A DNA stretch of 36,437 bases from a virus (lineage: Duplodnaviria > Caudoviricetes). The translations under genes and the position numbers were made by a program. The notes beneath the pieces are model-generated. The model did no database searches, was not told the origin of the DNA, and saw nothing but the letters and a program-made list of their open reading frames with translations. This document shows positions 17,076 through 26,029 of this stretch, piece by piece; position 1 is the first letter of the stretch; every line of letters starts with the position of its first letter. Location of the stretch: IMG/VR virus record IMGVR_UViG_3300012952_000048, positions 1 through 36,437 of that record, one strand, 5' to 3'.

Positions 17076-19292
17076 GTCTTCTCCAGTAGAGTTTGATTCT
17101 GGCTGAGCTTGCGCTTTCGCGTCGTTCTCTATACCACTATGCTTTAGAGCCGACAATTTGTCAAGCTCAGGTGATGGGGTCTCCTCAATATATTGAGCAG
17201 TCGGGGTCGAGTCGGAAAGCTCCTCGGCAGTCGCCGCGCCCTTTAAGGCTGGAATTTCCTTGTCGAATTTCTTGTAATACTTGGCAAGAACAGAATGGGC
17301 GATCTCACGCTCTTCCTGCGTCAAGCCCTTAACTCCTCCTCTTGCTCCGTTAAGAGCAGCGAGAGCAGCGGCGCAAGCCTTAAAAAAGACGCGAAGCTCG
17401 CCGTCGTCCATCTTGGCAATTGGGAGCTTGTATGCTTCCTTTGTTTCCCAGTCCTTTCCATTGTCCATGTATAGGTGAGCGACTGCGTAGCGCTTCCAAT
17501 TGTCGAGCCCTTCGCCGAGGACTTCGTCTTGTGCTGTGGTGTTCCATTCCCAGTCTTTGTCGACTTCAGCCAGAGGCATGTCGTCTCTGTACTTCATCAC
17601 AGTCCTGTCCTCGGTCACCTCAAGCATCGGATTCCGCTCGTTGCTGTCATCTGGAAAAGCTTCCCCGTCTGGGTCTGCGTTCTGGTTGTCGTCGGCGCTT
17701 GCGTTAAGCTCGTCGAGAGGATCTGGTGTCCCCTCTTCGGAAGCTGGACCTCCTCCGTCATAGGGCTCAGCGATAATCGTTTCCTCGGTGTCGAGATAAG
17801 CTTTTCGCTCTTCGGTAGGCTCAGCATTAGTCCGCTCTTCGGCTTCGGCTTCGGTGCGCTCTTCTGCTGGGGCTTCGTCTTGACGTTCTTCCTGCATGGT
17901 GTTTCTCTCCTCGATAACGGGTGATTTTTCTAAGTCGAGAGCGCCGTCTACCTTGAACATAGAGAAGTCAGCGTCTTTCTCAAACCTTGCGACGATGCAG
18001 TCGTCCTCTTCGACGAGGCTGATTATGTGCCGCTTTATATCTGGCTTTCGCTCTTCAAGTTTTTCGATGGGCTCTTTTTTGACTTCGGCTTTCATTTCTT
18101 GGATCTTCGACCTGATCGAATGGGTCATCAGACCATAGCTGTCAGGATTGGCAGGTGCTCGCGTTACAGCAATATGATCAAGGGTGACAGACCGAACGAC
18201 GATCCGCTCTATTTCTCCTGACATGTTCTCGATAACGTCGACTTTCTCAAACCATCCGCCGATAGATTGACCGATAGGCTCTCCTCTCTTGAGGCGCCTT
18301 ATAAGCTTTCTGGAGACTTCCTCATCACCATATAGCCGAGAGCGTAGAATTAGCGTGTACTGCTTATCCGCTCTGTCTGCTGCATAAGCTACGTCGTCCG
18401 TCATGACGATGCTCGCGTCGTATGACCGACCGATAACCTCGTCCCACTCTGCGACTCCGCCATTCTTCCCCGCATGTGCTGGAAGGATAGGCACCCCTCT
18501 CTGCATCTGCTCGGACATTCCGACAAGAGCTTCATAGCTCATCTCTGTCCCATAAGAGTCGATAGACGTACTGGAAGCAATCCCTTCGATGTTGTAATAC
18601 TTGGGAGGTCTTCCTCTTCCGTCTTCTCCCCGCTCTTCTTGAACTTCGGAGACAGCAAGGTTCTCAAGGGGAAACCATGCCCTATGGGCGCCGCTCATTG
18701 TGTACCTTGTCCGACCGTCCTCGATGGATTCAGAGGACAGGCATTTCATCTCTTCCGCCTTTCGGATAGCGGCTGTCTTCGGGATCTTCATAGTTGACCT
18801 CTTATTCTCTGTCTTGGCTTCAAGCTGCTGGACCTCTGCCATCATGTAGGACATAAGCTTAGACATGTCGTTCGCTGCTACGGTGATCTTGCTCTCTGCC
18901 CATGCTGGAGCATGCCCATAGTCCTTTATGATGTCCCGCAATTCGGCAGCAGAAAGACCGATAGCCTTTAGCTGGGTTAAGAGCATCTCCCGCTCTTTAT
19001 CGGTCAGCTTGTTATCTTCATCGAGAAGACCTCTGCTGGCGATCTTGCTGTAAAAGATGTCCGTCAAAATACCGATCAGAACTTCATGCTCTGTCTTTTC
19101 TGGGGCTCTTTCATTCGGAGAAGCGGGAGGGGGCTCAAGCTGAGCGTCTCCATCTTCTTCCTCGTCAAATTTTTCGTCCTCAAATACTTCGGAGGCTCCG
19201 CCGTCAAGGCTTCGCTTTGCAACCTGATCCGCGACTATCTCTGTAATCTGAGAGCGGAACATGCTTTCGGGTATTTCAAGGCTGATCTTCAT
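16581..19292 (-). CDS. multidomain prohead protease / scaffold protein
   Basis: IEGIASSTSIDSYG, QSIGG and LDHIAVTRAPANP HK97-type protease motifs; acidic linker; YKLPIA..DGEL..AAL.GARGG domain; C-terminal coiled coil. Confidence 0.85.
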   Translation of the reverse strand: MKISLEIPESMFRSQITEIVADQVAKRSLDGGASEVFEDEKFDEEEDGDAQLEPPPASPNERAPEKTEHEVLIGILTDIFYSKIASRGLLDEDNKLTDKEREMLLTQLKAIGLSAAELRDIIKDYGHAPAWAESKITVAANDMSKLMSYMMAEVQQLEAKTENKRSTMKIPKTAAIRKAEEMKCLSSESIEDGRTRYTMSGAHRAWFPLENLAVSEVQEERGEDGRGRPPKYYNIEGIASSTSIDSYGTEMSYEALVGMSEQMQRGVPILPAHAGKNGGVAEWDEVIGRSYDASIVMTDDVAYAADRADKQYTLILRSRLYGDEEVSRKLIRRLKRGEPIGQSIGGWFEKVDVIENMSGEIERIVVRSVTLDHIAVTRAPANPDSYGLMTHSIRSKIQEMKAEVKKEPIEKLEERKPDIKRHIISLVEEDDCIVARFEKDADFSMFKVDGALDLEKSPVIEERNTMQEERQDEAPAEERTEAEAEERTNAEPTEERKAYLDTEETIIAEPYDGGGPASEEGTPDPLDELNASADDNQNADPDGEAFPDDSNERNPMLEVTEDRTVMKYRDDMPLAEVDKDWEWNTTAQDEVLGEGLDNWKRYAVAHLYMDNGKDWETKEAYKLPIAKMDDGELRVFFKACAAALAALNGARGGVKGLTQEEREIAHSVLAKYYKKFDKEIPALKGAATAEELSDSTPTAQYIEETPSPELDKLSALKHSGIENDAKAQAQPESNSTGEDMTENDIKKIADLLRSGLDPITARLDALENTQQETRSAEPTRPANKEEAKTLPADVVKLQERLQKTEDMLLRVMETPIRQGRHTTIQVRGGSVGAESALDGLVNRAKEVGAAALPALVARHKETLAEETEVSKMQINALKDLLAAGLRAAEVDGLLSQPHENNWQ

Positions 19293-19394
19293 AATACAAT
19301 TCCCTATGCGTTAGCATATAGCATATCTGAAAAAGTGATCACTCATTGGTCAATATATAGCTGAGACTTTTTTTCGTCAAATGCAATTTTTCCC

Positions 19395-19422
19395 TTGACA
19401 ATAACACATTCTGTGATATCTT
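19395..19422 (+). promoter_or_regulatory. sigma70-like promoter with operator-like palindrome
   Basis: TTGACA-16 bp-TATCTT; TAACACATTCTGTGATA. Confidence 0.8.
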
Positions 19423-19446
19423 ATAAGTGTAACAACGGAGAAAAAA

Positions 19447-19626
19447 ATGTATTCACTCAAGTACTGGAACAATGAAAACTCAAGACCCGAACTCAGGGAA
19501 GGCATCCCTTACGCTCTCGCTTACGCTCTCGCAACCCGCGCAGGATACGCAAAAGCTCAAGTGATTTCCGAAGAAGGGATCGTCGAGTACGAGACCCGAT
19601 GGGACACCTCTGGATGGGACGACTAA
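19447..19626 (+). CDS. 59-aa hypothetical protein (MYSLKYWNNENSRPELREG...)
   Basis: CAACGGAG RBS after promoter; below ORF-track cutoff. Confidence 0.75.
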   Translation: MYSLKYWNNENSRPELREGIPYALAYALATRAGYAKAQVISEEGIVEYETRWDTSGWDD

Positions 19627-19627
19627 G

Positions 19628-19942
19628 ATGGCTCGCTGTGGAAGGTGCGGTCTTTGGGAGAAGACTCCTCCAGACGAGAGAGAGCAGGTCTGGGCTGGAA
19701 CATGCCTCTGGTATCACACAAGGCTGGAAAGCGACTTTGAATATGACGAGAGGAACTGTCCCGATTTCGTGGAGCGGATTCCTCCTCATGGAGCCTCATG
19801 GCATTTCGACCACAAGGTAAAGAGGGAGAACCTCGGAGACGCATACGAAAAAGCCAAGCAGAGCGACAGAAGAGCGATGATCGCTCTCGGCTTCTCTGTT
19901 ACGGGTTTGATAATATCACTTAGCAAGCTCATAGCGGGGTAA
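19628..19942 (+). CDS. Cys-motif protein with C-terminal hydrophobic helix
   Basis: CGRC..GTC..CPDF motif; ATG one base after upstream stop. Confidence 0.7.
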   Translation: MARCGRCGLWEKTPPDEREQVWAGTCLWYHTRLESDFEYDERNCPDFVERIPPHGASWHFDHKVKRENLGDAYEKAKQSDRRAMIALGFSVTGLIISLSKLIAG

Positions 19943-19944
19943 TC

Positions 19945-20265
19945 ATGGCAATCGAAAAATTCATCTTCAAGGCTGGAGAGAGTAGGGGAGTCGACGAGTC
20001 TGGAGCAGAGATCTGGGGCTCGACTGCGACCACCTGCGACCCTGACTGGGTAACCCTTCCTCATGCTTTAGGAGGAGGGAGAGCAAACGTGATTAGGTCG
20101 ACGCTTATGAATTGCCCCCATGGATGCCAGCAGAAGAGAACCGCTCTGGAGCTTGATAGGGTTTATCCTGTCGGAGACGGAGAGAAGAGCCTTGCTGTTA
20201 TCGAATGTCCAGTCCATGGATTCCTCTGGGTGGCTCATGTCTCGGCAAGGGGAAAGATGGAATGA
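19945..20265 (+). CDS. hypothetical Cys/His-rich protein
   Basis: CPHGC and CPVHG motifs; operon spacing. Confidence 0.7.
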   Translation: MAIEKFIFKAGESRGVDESGAEIWGSTATTCDPDWVTLPHALGGGRANVIRSTLMNCPHGCQQKRTALELDRVYPVGDGEKSLAVIECPVHGFLWVAHVSARGKME

Positions 20266-21428
20266 TCGAAGTCCTGACCGAGAAAGGCATCAGACATCTG
20301 GAGCAGATGGAAGAAGCCGATCACAGGATCACCATTTTCGACCTTGAGGGCTTTATAAAGCTACAGGTGAAGGGAGAGCCATCGAAGCACTGGGAGGTCA
20401 TAAGAGAAGCCGCACAGAGGGCATGGAGAGGAACTTCCAAGGGGAAGAGGAAGCTCCGATTCCTGTCCCTGTTCTCTGGTATTGAAGCGGCATCTGCCGC
20501 ATGGCATCCGCTGGGCTGGGAATGTGCAGCAGTAAGCGAGATCGATCCGTATGCTTGCGAGGTATTGTCGCGGCGCCTTCCAGACTCACCAAACCTCGGA
20601 GACATCACACAGATAAAAAGGGAGGATCTCGATGCAGTGGGTCCAATTGACGTTATCGTGGGGGGATCCCCATGCCAGTCCTTCTCGGTCACAGGACTCC
20701 GAAAAGGTCTCCAAGACCACAGAGGATCTCTCATGTTCCACTATATACGAGTCATTGACATCGTTCGTCCTCGGTGGTTCGTCTGGGAAAATGTACAAGG
20801 TGCGCTCTCCTCCGATAAAGGGCGAGCCTTTGGAACCCTCATCGGGTCGCTGGGAGAATTCGGGTATGCTATGGGGTGGAGAGTGCTGGACGCTAAAAGC
20901 TTCGGTGTGCCTCAATCGAGAAAGAGAGTCTTCCTTGTCGGAACTACTACAGGACCATCGAAAGCTCACTCCGTCTTATTTGGGTCGAACCTTAGCCGCT
21001 GGAATGCTCAAGAGGATACCAAACAGACCAAAAGTCAAGCCGATACTCCTCCAAGCTCTGGAGACAGCCAGAGACAACGATCAACCCTTTGCATGGTCAT
21101 CAACGGAAGCGGACACCCAAGACTACAGGGAGGCTCTGGCGATTGCGCTTGCTGCCTGCTGGCGACACGCGGATCGTCCATGAGGAACTGGATTATCCAC
21201 CTAAGCGGAGGAGACCACGAAGACGCTCGCGTCGACTGCGTCCGACGGCTTTCTTCGGTCGAGATGGAAAGGATACAAGGCTTCCCTGACGGTTGGACAG
21301 ATATTGAATGGAAAGGCTCAGGGTCGAAAGACATTCGTCGACAATTCGCTCTGGGTAACTCGATGGCTGTTCCTGTGGTGCGCTGGCTTGGAGAAGGTAT
21401 CCAAGCGGCGATCTGTTGGCGCGGATAA
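20262..21428 (+). CDS. DNA (cytosine-5)-methyltransferase
   Basis: Motif I SLFSGI, IV GSPCQSFS, VI ENV, VIII QSRKRVF, IX RRLSSVEMERIQGFP, X GNSMAV. Confidence 0.93.
   Translation: MIEVLTEKGIRHLEQMEEADHRITIFDLEGFIKLQVKGEPSKHWEVIREAAQRAWRGTSKGKRKLRFLSLFSGIEAASAAWHPLGWECAAVSEIDPYACEVLSRRLPDSPNLGDITQIKREDLDAVGPIDVIVGGSPCQSFSVTGLRKGLQDHRGSLMFHYIRVIDIVRPRWFVWENVQGALSSDKGRAFGTLIGSLGEFGYAMGWRVLDAKSFGVPQSRKRVFLVGTTTGPSKAHSVLFGSNLSRWNAQEDTKQTKSQADTPPSSGDSQRQRSTLCMVINGSGHPRLQGGSGDCACCLLATRGSSMRNWIIHLSGGDHEDARVDCVRRLSSVEMERIQGFPDGWTDIEWKGSGSKDIRRQFALGNSMAVPVVRWLGEGIQAAICWRG
20632..21183 (+). CDS. overlapping alternative-frame ORF inside the C5-methyltransferase (EcoHK31I beta-like)
   Basis: GGAGG 6 nt before ATG; 183 aa open; SSGRWENSGM..GECWTL..SSLSELL pattern. 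Confidence 0.6.
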   Translation: MQWVQLTLSWGDPHASPSRSQDSEKVSKTTEDLSCSTIYESLTSFVLGGSSGKMYKVRSPPIKGEPLEPSSGRWENSGMLWGGECWTLKASVCLNRERESSLSELLQDHRKLTPSYLGRTLAAGMLKRIPNRPKVKPILLQALETARDNDQPFAWSSTEADTQDYREALAIALAACWRHADRP

Positions 21429-21449
21429 ACCATCGCAGAGCATTAAGCT

Positions 21450-22112
21450 CTAATTCCATTCTGTCTCTTCGATTTCGCATGGAGTGAGAACCTCCATGGA
21501 TTTCGCGGACATCTCGTACTCTGGAGCTTTCCCGCTTGGTCTGCATCGCCACCACAAAACAGAGAGATCGCCGATGTCTTCGGAAAAAGGATCTGTCTTG
21601 TTAGACATTGTCTGGACAAGCTTCCTCGGCTCGATGGATTTGGTCGACCCGTTCTCGATCATCCGATTGAATACAGTACAGGACTCCACTGGGCTATTGT
21701 ATGTCATCAGGATCCCGTCTTTTGTATACAGGACAGCAGAAAGGACATAATGGGCGCACTTCACACCCTCGGCTATAGCAGAGGCTTCCACTCCGAGATT
21801 CATCAGGCTCTCTATTGTCGCAGCCTCTGTCGGTGTAGCGTCTGAAGCGATTATCGCATCCCCTATCGAAAGCACAGCGTCGACGACCTTGGTCTCGCAC
21901 AGGATGGAGATACACTCAGAAACTTCCTTCTGGGCTATGTCTTTAGGAGGATCTGCCATCGGCTTCGTTATCACCGTCCCATCTGGACGCTTGCAAAATG
22001 CGACAAAAGCTTTCCCTGTCCCCGTCATCTCGTTAACACCGTCCTCGGCGCCGCGAACCCATCGCGCAATTCGGAAGATGTCGTCTGCTGATTCGATTAT
22101 CTCTGTGGACAT
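21450..22112 (-). CDS. hypothetical protein
   Basis: GGAGG RBS; 220 aa. Confidence 0.7.
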   Translation of the reverse strand: MSTEIIESADDIFRIARWVRGAEDGVNEMTGTGKAFVAFCKRPDGTVITKPMADPPKDIAQKEVSECISILCETKVVDAVLSIGDAIIASDATPTEAATIESLMNLGVEASAIAEGVKCAHYVLSAVLYTKDGILMTYNSPVESCTVFNRMIENGSTKSIEPRKLVQTMSNKTDPFSEDIGDLSVLWWRCRPSGKAPEYEMSAKSMEVLTPCEIEETEWN

Positions 22113-22441
22113 GTCGCCTCCAAGTCTTTCGCCATTTCTGTATAGTAAAGATTTCGGGCTCGATCATGCTCATCGCAAAGGGCGGATAAGATCGCATCGT
22201 ACATCTCGACCTCTTCCAGCCAGTCCCAGAACTCGTCGGGTCTCATGCTGCGTCGTTCCTTGTGGGTCACCGAGTAGACCTCGACAAACCCAAGGATCTC
22301 GGAGATCTCTGGTCCCTCTTCTGGTTCTAATCTTGTCGCGGGAAAACCCGTATCCAGACGAAAGCTTCCGCGAACCCTGTAGGTCTCGCCATCTTTAAGC
22401 TTCGCTTCGGTTATGACTGTGTATTGTGTTCCTCTTGCCAT
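22097..22441 (-). CDS. acidic hypothetical protein
   Basis: CCAAGGAG RBS after operator-bearing promoter. Confidence 0.75.
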   Translation of the reverse strand: MARGTQYTVITEAKLKDGETYRVRGSFRLDTGFPATRLEPEEGPEISEILGFVEVYSVTHKERRSMRPDEFWDWLEEVEMYDAILSALCDEHDRARNLYYTEMAKDLEATCPQR

Positions 22442-22468
22442 GTTGCTCCTTGGTTATCTTACATGAAC

Positions 22469-22496
22469 ATCATAACTCATAACGAGATAGAGTCAA
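22469..22496 (-). promoter_or_regulatory. sigma70-like promoter with operator-like palindrome
   Basis: Minus strand TTGACT-16 bp-TATGAT; TATCTCGTTATGAGTTA. Confidence 0.75.
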
Positions 22497-22795
22497 GGGA
22501 TTTTTTCCAAAATCTTCTCACAGCGCTCACCCCTCTCGATCCCCTCTTGGAAGATAGAAGCAGCGTCAAGATACTTAGCCATGATCGGATTCGGAAGCCA
22601 AGATAACGCAAAATGTCCAAGGATAAAACGCTTCTTCGGATCGGTCTCTTTCCACTCCTCAAACAAGAGCCAAGCCTGTCGACCTTGTAGCTCGTCATGC
22701 TCGTACATTAAACGCTTTACGTTATCAAGACCCTCTCTTAGACGGATCATTTCTGTCTTTAAGGACGACGAGATATCTTCCTTGGATTCCATCAT
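22493..22795 (-). CDS. hypothetical protein
   Basis: ATGA overlap with portal stop; 100 aa. Confidence 0.65.
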   Translation of the reverse strand: MMESKEDISSSLKTEMIRLREGLDNVKRLMYEHDELQGRQAWLLFEEWKETDPKKRFILGHFALSWLPNPIMAKYLDAASIFQEGIERGERCEKILEKIP

Positions 22796-25608
22796 CTTCC
22801 CAGATGATAGGTCAACACACAGCGACAGCGTCCTCCGCATGGAGTCCCCCCAGCAGGCATAACCGAAAGCTCTGAGACTGGGCGGCGCCCCATCGCGCCC
22901 TGAGTATTGCAAAAAGCGCAAGTCCTATTATCTCCGACAGCATTCCACTCCACCCACCAAACGGAAGCCGATGTCGCAAATATCGCGGCGCTGTCCCTGT
23001 TCGCGACCTCTACGAGGCGACCACTGAAGAGAGCGATCCGATACTCATTCTTAGCCCAGAGAAGATATATCAATGCAGCAGCAGCGGCAGCGTCAACCTT
23101 ATAGAAGTCCTCAAGCTCATCCTCACCCTCGACCTCATAAGCAGGGATATCCCTGAGATGAATAGACCGAGCCTCTTGAAGCATGGAAGCCATTCCGACG
23201 CGGAGATCTTTCACAAGCCCATTAGACAGATAGCCCATCTGCTGCTCAAAATATGCGCGGCGCTGAGAAGAGAAGTCTATCGCCTGCGCTCCGCTTACCT
23301 CCTGAGCCCACTCCGAGCCAAGATCTCCAGCCTCTGAATATAGATCCTCGGTTACGTCTCCCCATCCATCGGTCAGGCTGAGAAGAACCTTAGCGAGATC
23401 CTCAGAAGCCTGAGCGACTGACAGCTTCTTAGAGAAGACCTTCTTAATGATCTTGAGAGACTTCTCACGATGCTCTCTATAGACTGGAAGAACCTTCTTG
23501 GCATAGCTGGACACCTGCTTCGCAAGCTTCGGAAGAGGAAGAGCTACGTCCCCCTTGAAGCGTCCCTCTGGTTGCCAGTCAGACGGAAGAGCCAGCGCTC
23601 TCATTAGAGCAGCCTCACGATCATCGTCGCTCATGTGAGAGGCGCTTTCTCTGCTTCTTATCGAGAGATAGGAAGCGCTTGAACAATCTGGAACCTTGCA
23701 GTTTTTATCTGTGCATTCTGAATGAGTCTCCGAACTTAGCTTTTTCATCTCATCGCGGACGAGGTCTTTCATATACTTCTGACCACGCGATCCGACGACA
23801 AGCCACTTTATTTGTGCAATAACTCCAGCTAAACGAAAATCTTCTTCATGGCGTGCAGCCCATGCCTCTCGTACCCTAACGGCTTTCTCATCGGTCTCGG
23901 TATTTATTCCGCTATTGATAACCCGCTTCAGTCTTCTGAACTGCTTCCCTCCGAGGATGTTCCCGCCCCTCTTCCAGATGGAAGGGTAGTCAAGTCTAAT
24001 CATCTCGGCGAATTCGAGATCAAAGACATCATATTCCGAGTTCCTCAAAGAGACCTTTTTGTTATCTCCCGCCTTCGGGAAGTTGGTCGGATCAACATCT
24101 CCAACAGCACGATGAGCGTAGAAAGAAAACGCTTCGATCTCCTCAGCTTCGATCTCTTCTTCGTCGGCTATATCTGAAGGCTTGAACGGCTCAACGGGAT
24201 CCCCTGCTGGCTCCGATTCCTTCTCGTCCTCCTTCGGCGCCTTTCCAAGACTGGACAGCGGTGAGGGCATTCCAGCGACCTCAAATGTCGGAACGTCTCC
24301 ACCTTCCAGCGGAAGGAAGCCAAGGATCTCGCGGACCTCGTTCCGAGTCATGATCCCGTTTTTCACATAGATCTGCTGCATCTCTGCGAGCTTCTTCTGG
24401 TCATCAGGATCCGCCCTGCTCTCCCTGTCAAAGCGGAAGGTTATCCGAGAAGCGTACTCCTCGCCGATAAGGGCAGGAAGTATCTGAGCATTGATCTTCG
24501 CCTGCAATAGCTCAAGGATCGGAGTCACAAGATGGGAGGATGCGACATCCATCTGGACGGTCGCTGTCGCTCTCGGCATTCCGTCAGTCATCCCCATCTC
24601 AACAGGCATAACGCCAAAAGTACGATAGACCGAGCGCCTGATCGATTCGACAAGCTCCCGCATGGTGATCTCTTTCGGGTTCCGCTTTAACTGGAGCCAC
24701 TGGGCTCCCGTACCCGCTGGATCTGGTGTCGTCATCACCCTGATCTTATGGTCCTGTCCTCTCAAGCGCTGAAGGTCCGCCTTAGCCTGCTCCGCTGCTT
24801 TTCCAGCTATGCCCGAAAGGATGAGAATGCCTTGAGGGATCTCGTCGGCATCGAGAGCTAACATCGCGTGTTCCGATGCTCGGAGAAGAGCTATGATCTC
24901 ATTTACCAGCGATTCGGTCAGAGGCATCCCGACGGGGTTGGCAGTATTCGCGAACAAGGAAAAGAAAAGCATCTGATTCGGCTTAAACTCCACAGCCGTC
25001 GTCTTCTGTGGTCCATCATCCACTGGAAGCTGGAAAGCGTCACCGCTCTCATACATTGTCTGCTGATACATCAGAATGCGCCCATATTCGTCTGTGATAG
25101 GCGTTACACTGCTTCCCCTGATAGGAACAAGCTCCGCGAGCTTTCCGTCCTTGGAATAGACGATCTCGATGGCTCCAGCGTCAAAACACAGGACATCCGT
25201 TAGGAAGGCAGTCATAATCTCCTGCCATGTGTGTCCGTTCTTGTTGGGTCGCTCCAGAAACGTCTTGACCTTCTGGGAGATCTCCGCAAGCTCCGTATAG
25301 CCCTTGTCCTGTGGGCTAATGGATGGCTCCACAAGCCAGTCAAAAGTCGCCACCCTCCGAACGATGCTGTCGATAGAAGCTCGGACATCTGAACAGCGCC
25401 GATAGACTTCCCAGATCTGGGAGTCGGAAAGGATCCTGTCGGGTCTCCTGTAGTCGTCTGTCAGACCGCCAGTCGGCGCCTGATACATGTCCATGAAGTA
25501 ATGGAGACCCTTCCGCTTCCGTATCTGGATGGGAGATGCCCATGTTCCTCGGCTGGGTTTTTCCTCTTTCCTTTTGACTATGGAAAGCGCTTGTCCTGTA
25601 AACTTCAT
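22792..25608 (-). CDS. portal protein fused to an inserted domain and a C-terminal MuF-like head morphogenesis domain
   Basis: N-terminal ~450 aa portal patterns (RPNKNGHTW, ELVPIRG, GMPLTE, FGVMPVEMG, GIMTRNEVREILGFLPLEGGD); C-terminal WNAVGDNRTCAFC...CGGRCRC. Confidence 0.88.
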   Translation of the reverse strand: MKFTGQALSIVKRKEEKPSRGTWASPIQIRKRKGLHYFMDMYQAPTGGLTDDYRRPDRILSDSQIWEVYRRCSDVRASIDSIVRRVATFDWLVEPSISPQDKGYTELAEISQKVKTFLERPNKNGHTWQEIMTAFLTDVLCFDAGAIEIVYSKDGKLAELVPIRGSSVTPITDEYGRILMYQQTMYESGDAFQLPVDDGPQKTTAVEFKPNQMLFFSLFANTANPVGMPLTESLVNEIIALLRASEHAMLALDADEIPQGILILSGIAGKAAEQAKADLQRLRGQDHKIRVMTTPDPAGTGAQWLQLKRNPKEITMRELVESIRRSVYRTFGVMPVEMGMTDGMPRATATVQMDVASSHLVTPILELLQAKINAQILPALIGEEYASRITFRFDRESRADPDDQKKLAEMQQIYVKNGIMTRNEVREILGFLPLEGGDVPTFEVAGMPSPLSSLGKAPKEDEKESEPAGDPVEPFKPSDIADEEEIEAEEIEAFSFYAHRAVGDVDPTNFPKAGDNKKVSLRNSEYDVFDLEFAEMIRLDYPSIWKRGGNILGGKQFRRLKRVINSGINTETDEKAVRVREAWAARHEEDFRLAGVIAQIKWLVVGSRGQKYMKDLVRDEMKKLSSETHSECTDKNCKVPDCSSASYLSIRSRESASHMSDDDREAALMRALALPSDWQPEGRFKGDVALPLPKLAKQVSSYAKKVLPVYREHREKSLKIIKKVFSKKLSVAQASEDLAKVLLSLTDGWGDVTEDLYSEAGDLGSEWAQEVSGAQAIDFSSQRRAYFEQQMGYLSNGLVKDLRVGMASMLQEARSIHLRDIPAYEVEGEDELEDFYKVDAAAAAALIYLLWAKNEYRIALFSGRLVEVANRDSAAIFATSASVWWVEWNAVGDNRTCAFCNTQGAMGRRPVSELSVMPAGGTPCGGRCRCVLTYHLGR

Positions 25609-25626
25609 AACCTACCTCGCAGAATG

Positions 25627-25656
25627 ACTATAGCATAGTTGAGGAAGAGACGGCAA
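25627..25656 (-). promoter_or_regulatory. putative late promoter (extended -10) of portal gene
   Basis: Minus strand TTGCCG-18 bp-TATAGT with TATGC directly upstream of -10; no operator palindrome. Confidence 0.5.
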
Positions 25657-25759
25657 GGTCAGCACCCTTGCCGCCATTGGAAAATTAAGGAAGGATAAAG
25701 CCTGATAGCGGGGGCTGGTCTGTCCCGCTATCTGCCGAAAGGCTCTTAAACATTATAGC

Positions 25760-25939
25760 TTACCAGCGACCACCTCGGCAGGCTTTGCGGGACTTTTCCC
25801 GCTTGCGGTTCTTGGTTACGGTGCGGGTTCCGCCGCGCCATGAAACAAGGTCTCCACCATTGGCGAAGTGCTGCTCTCGCTCCACTCCGCGAGTCGCCTT
25901 GAGGCGCTTGAGCATTGCTTTCTTTTCTCGCTTGGTCAT
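25760..25939 (-). CDS. 59-aa highly basic protein
   Basis: CAACGGAGA RBS after operator-bearing promoter; ends KNRKREKSRKACRGGRW. Confidence 0.8.
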   Translation of the reverse strand: MTKREKKAMLKRLKATRGVEREQHFANGGDLVSWRGGTRTVTKNRKREKSRKACRGGRW

Positions 25940-25965
25940 TGTTCTTCTCCGTTGGTTACACTTAC

Positions 25966-25993
25966 ATAGTATCACACTGTGCGTTAGTGTCAA
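25966..25993 (-). promoter_or_regulatory. sigma70-like promoter with operator-like palindrome
   Basis: Minus strand TTGACA-16 bp-TACTAT; TAACGCACAGTGTGATA. Confidence 0.85.
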
Positions 25994-26029
25994 GGAAAAA
26001 GATAGACTTTTTTTAATCGACCCACTGCT

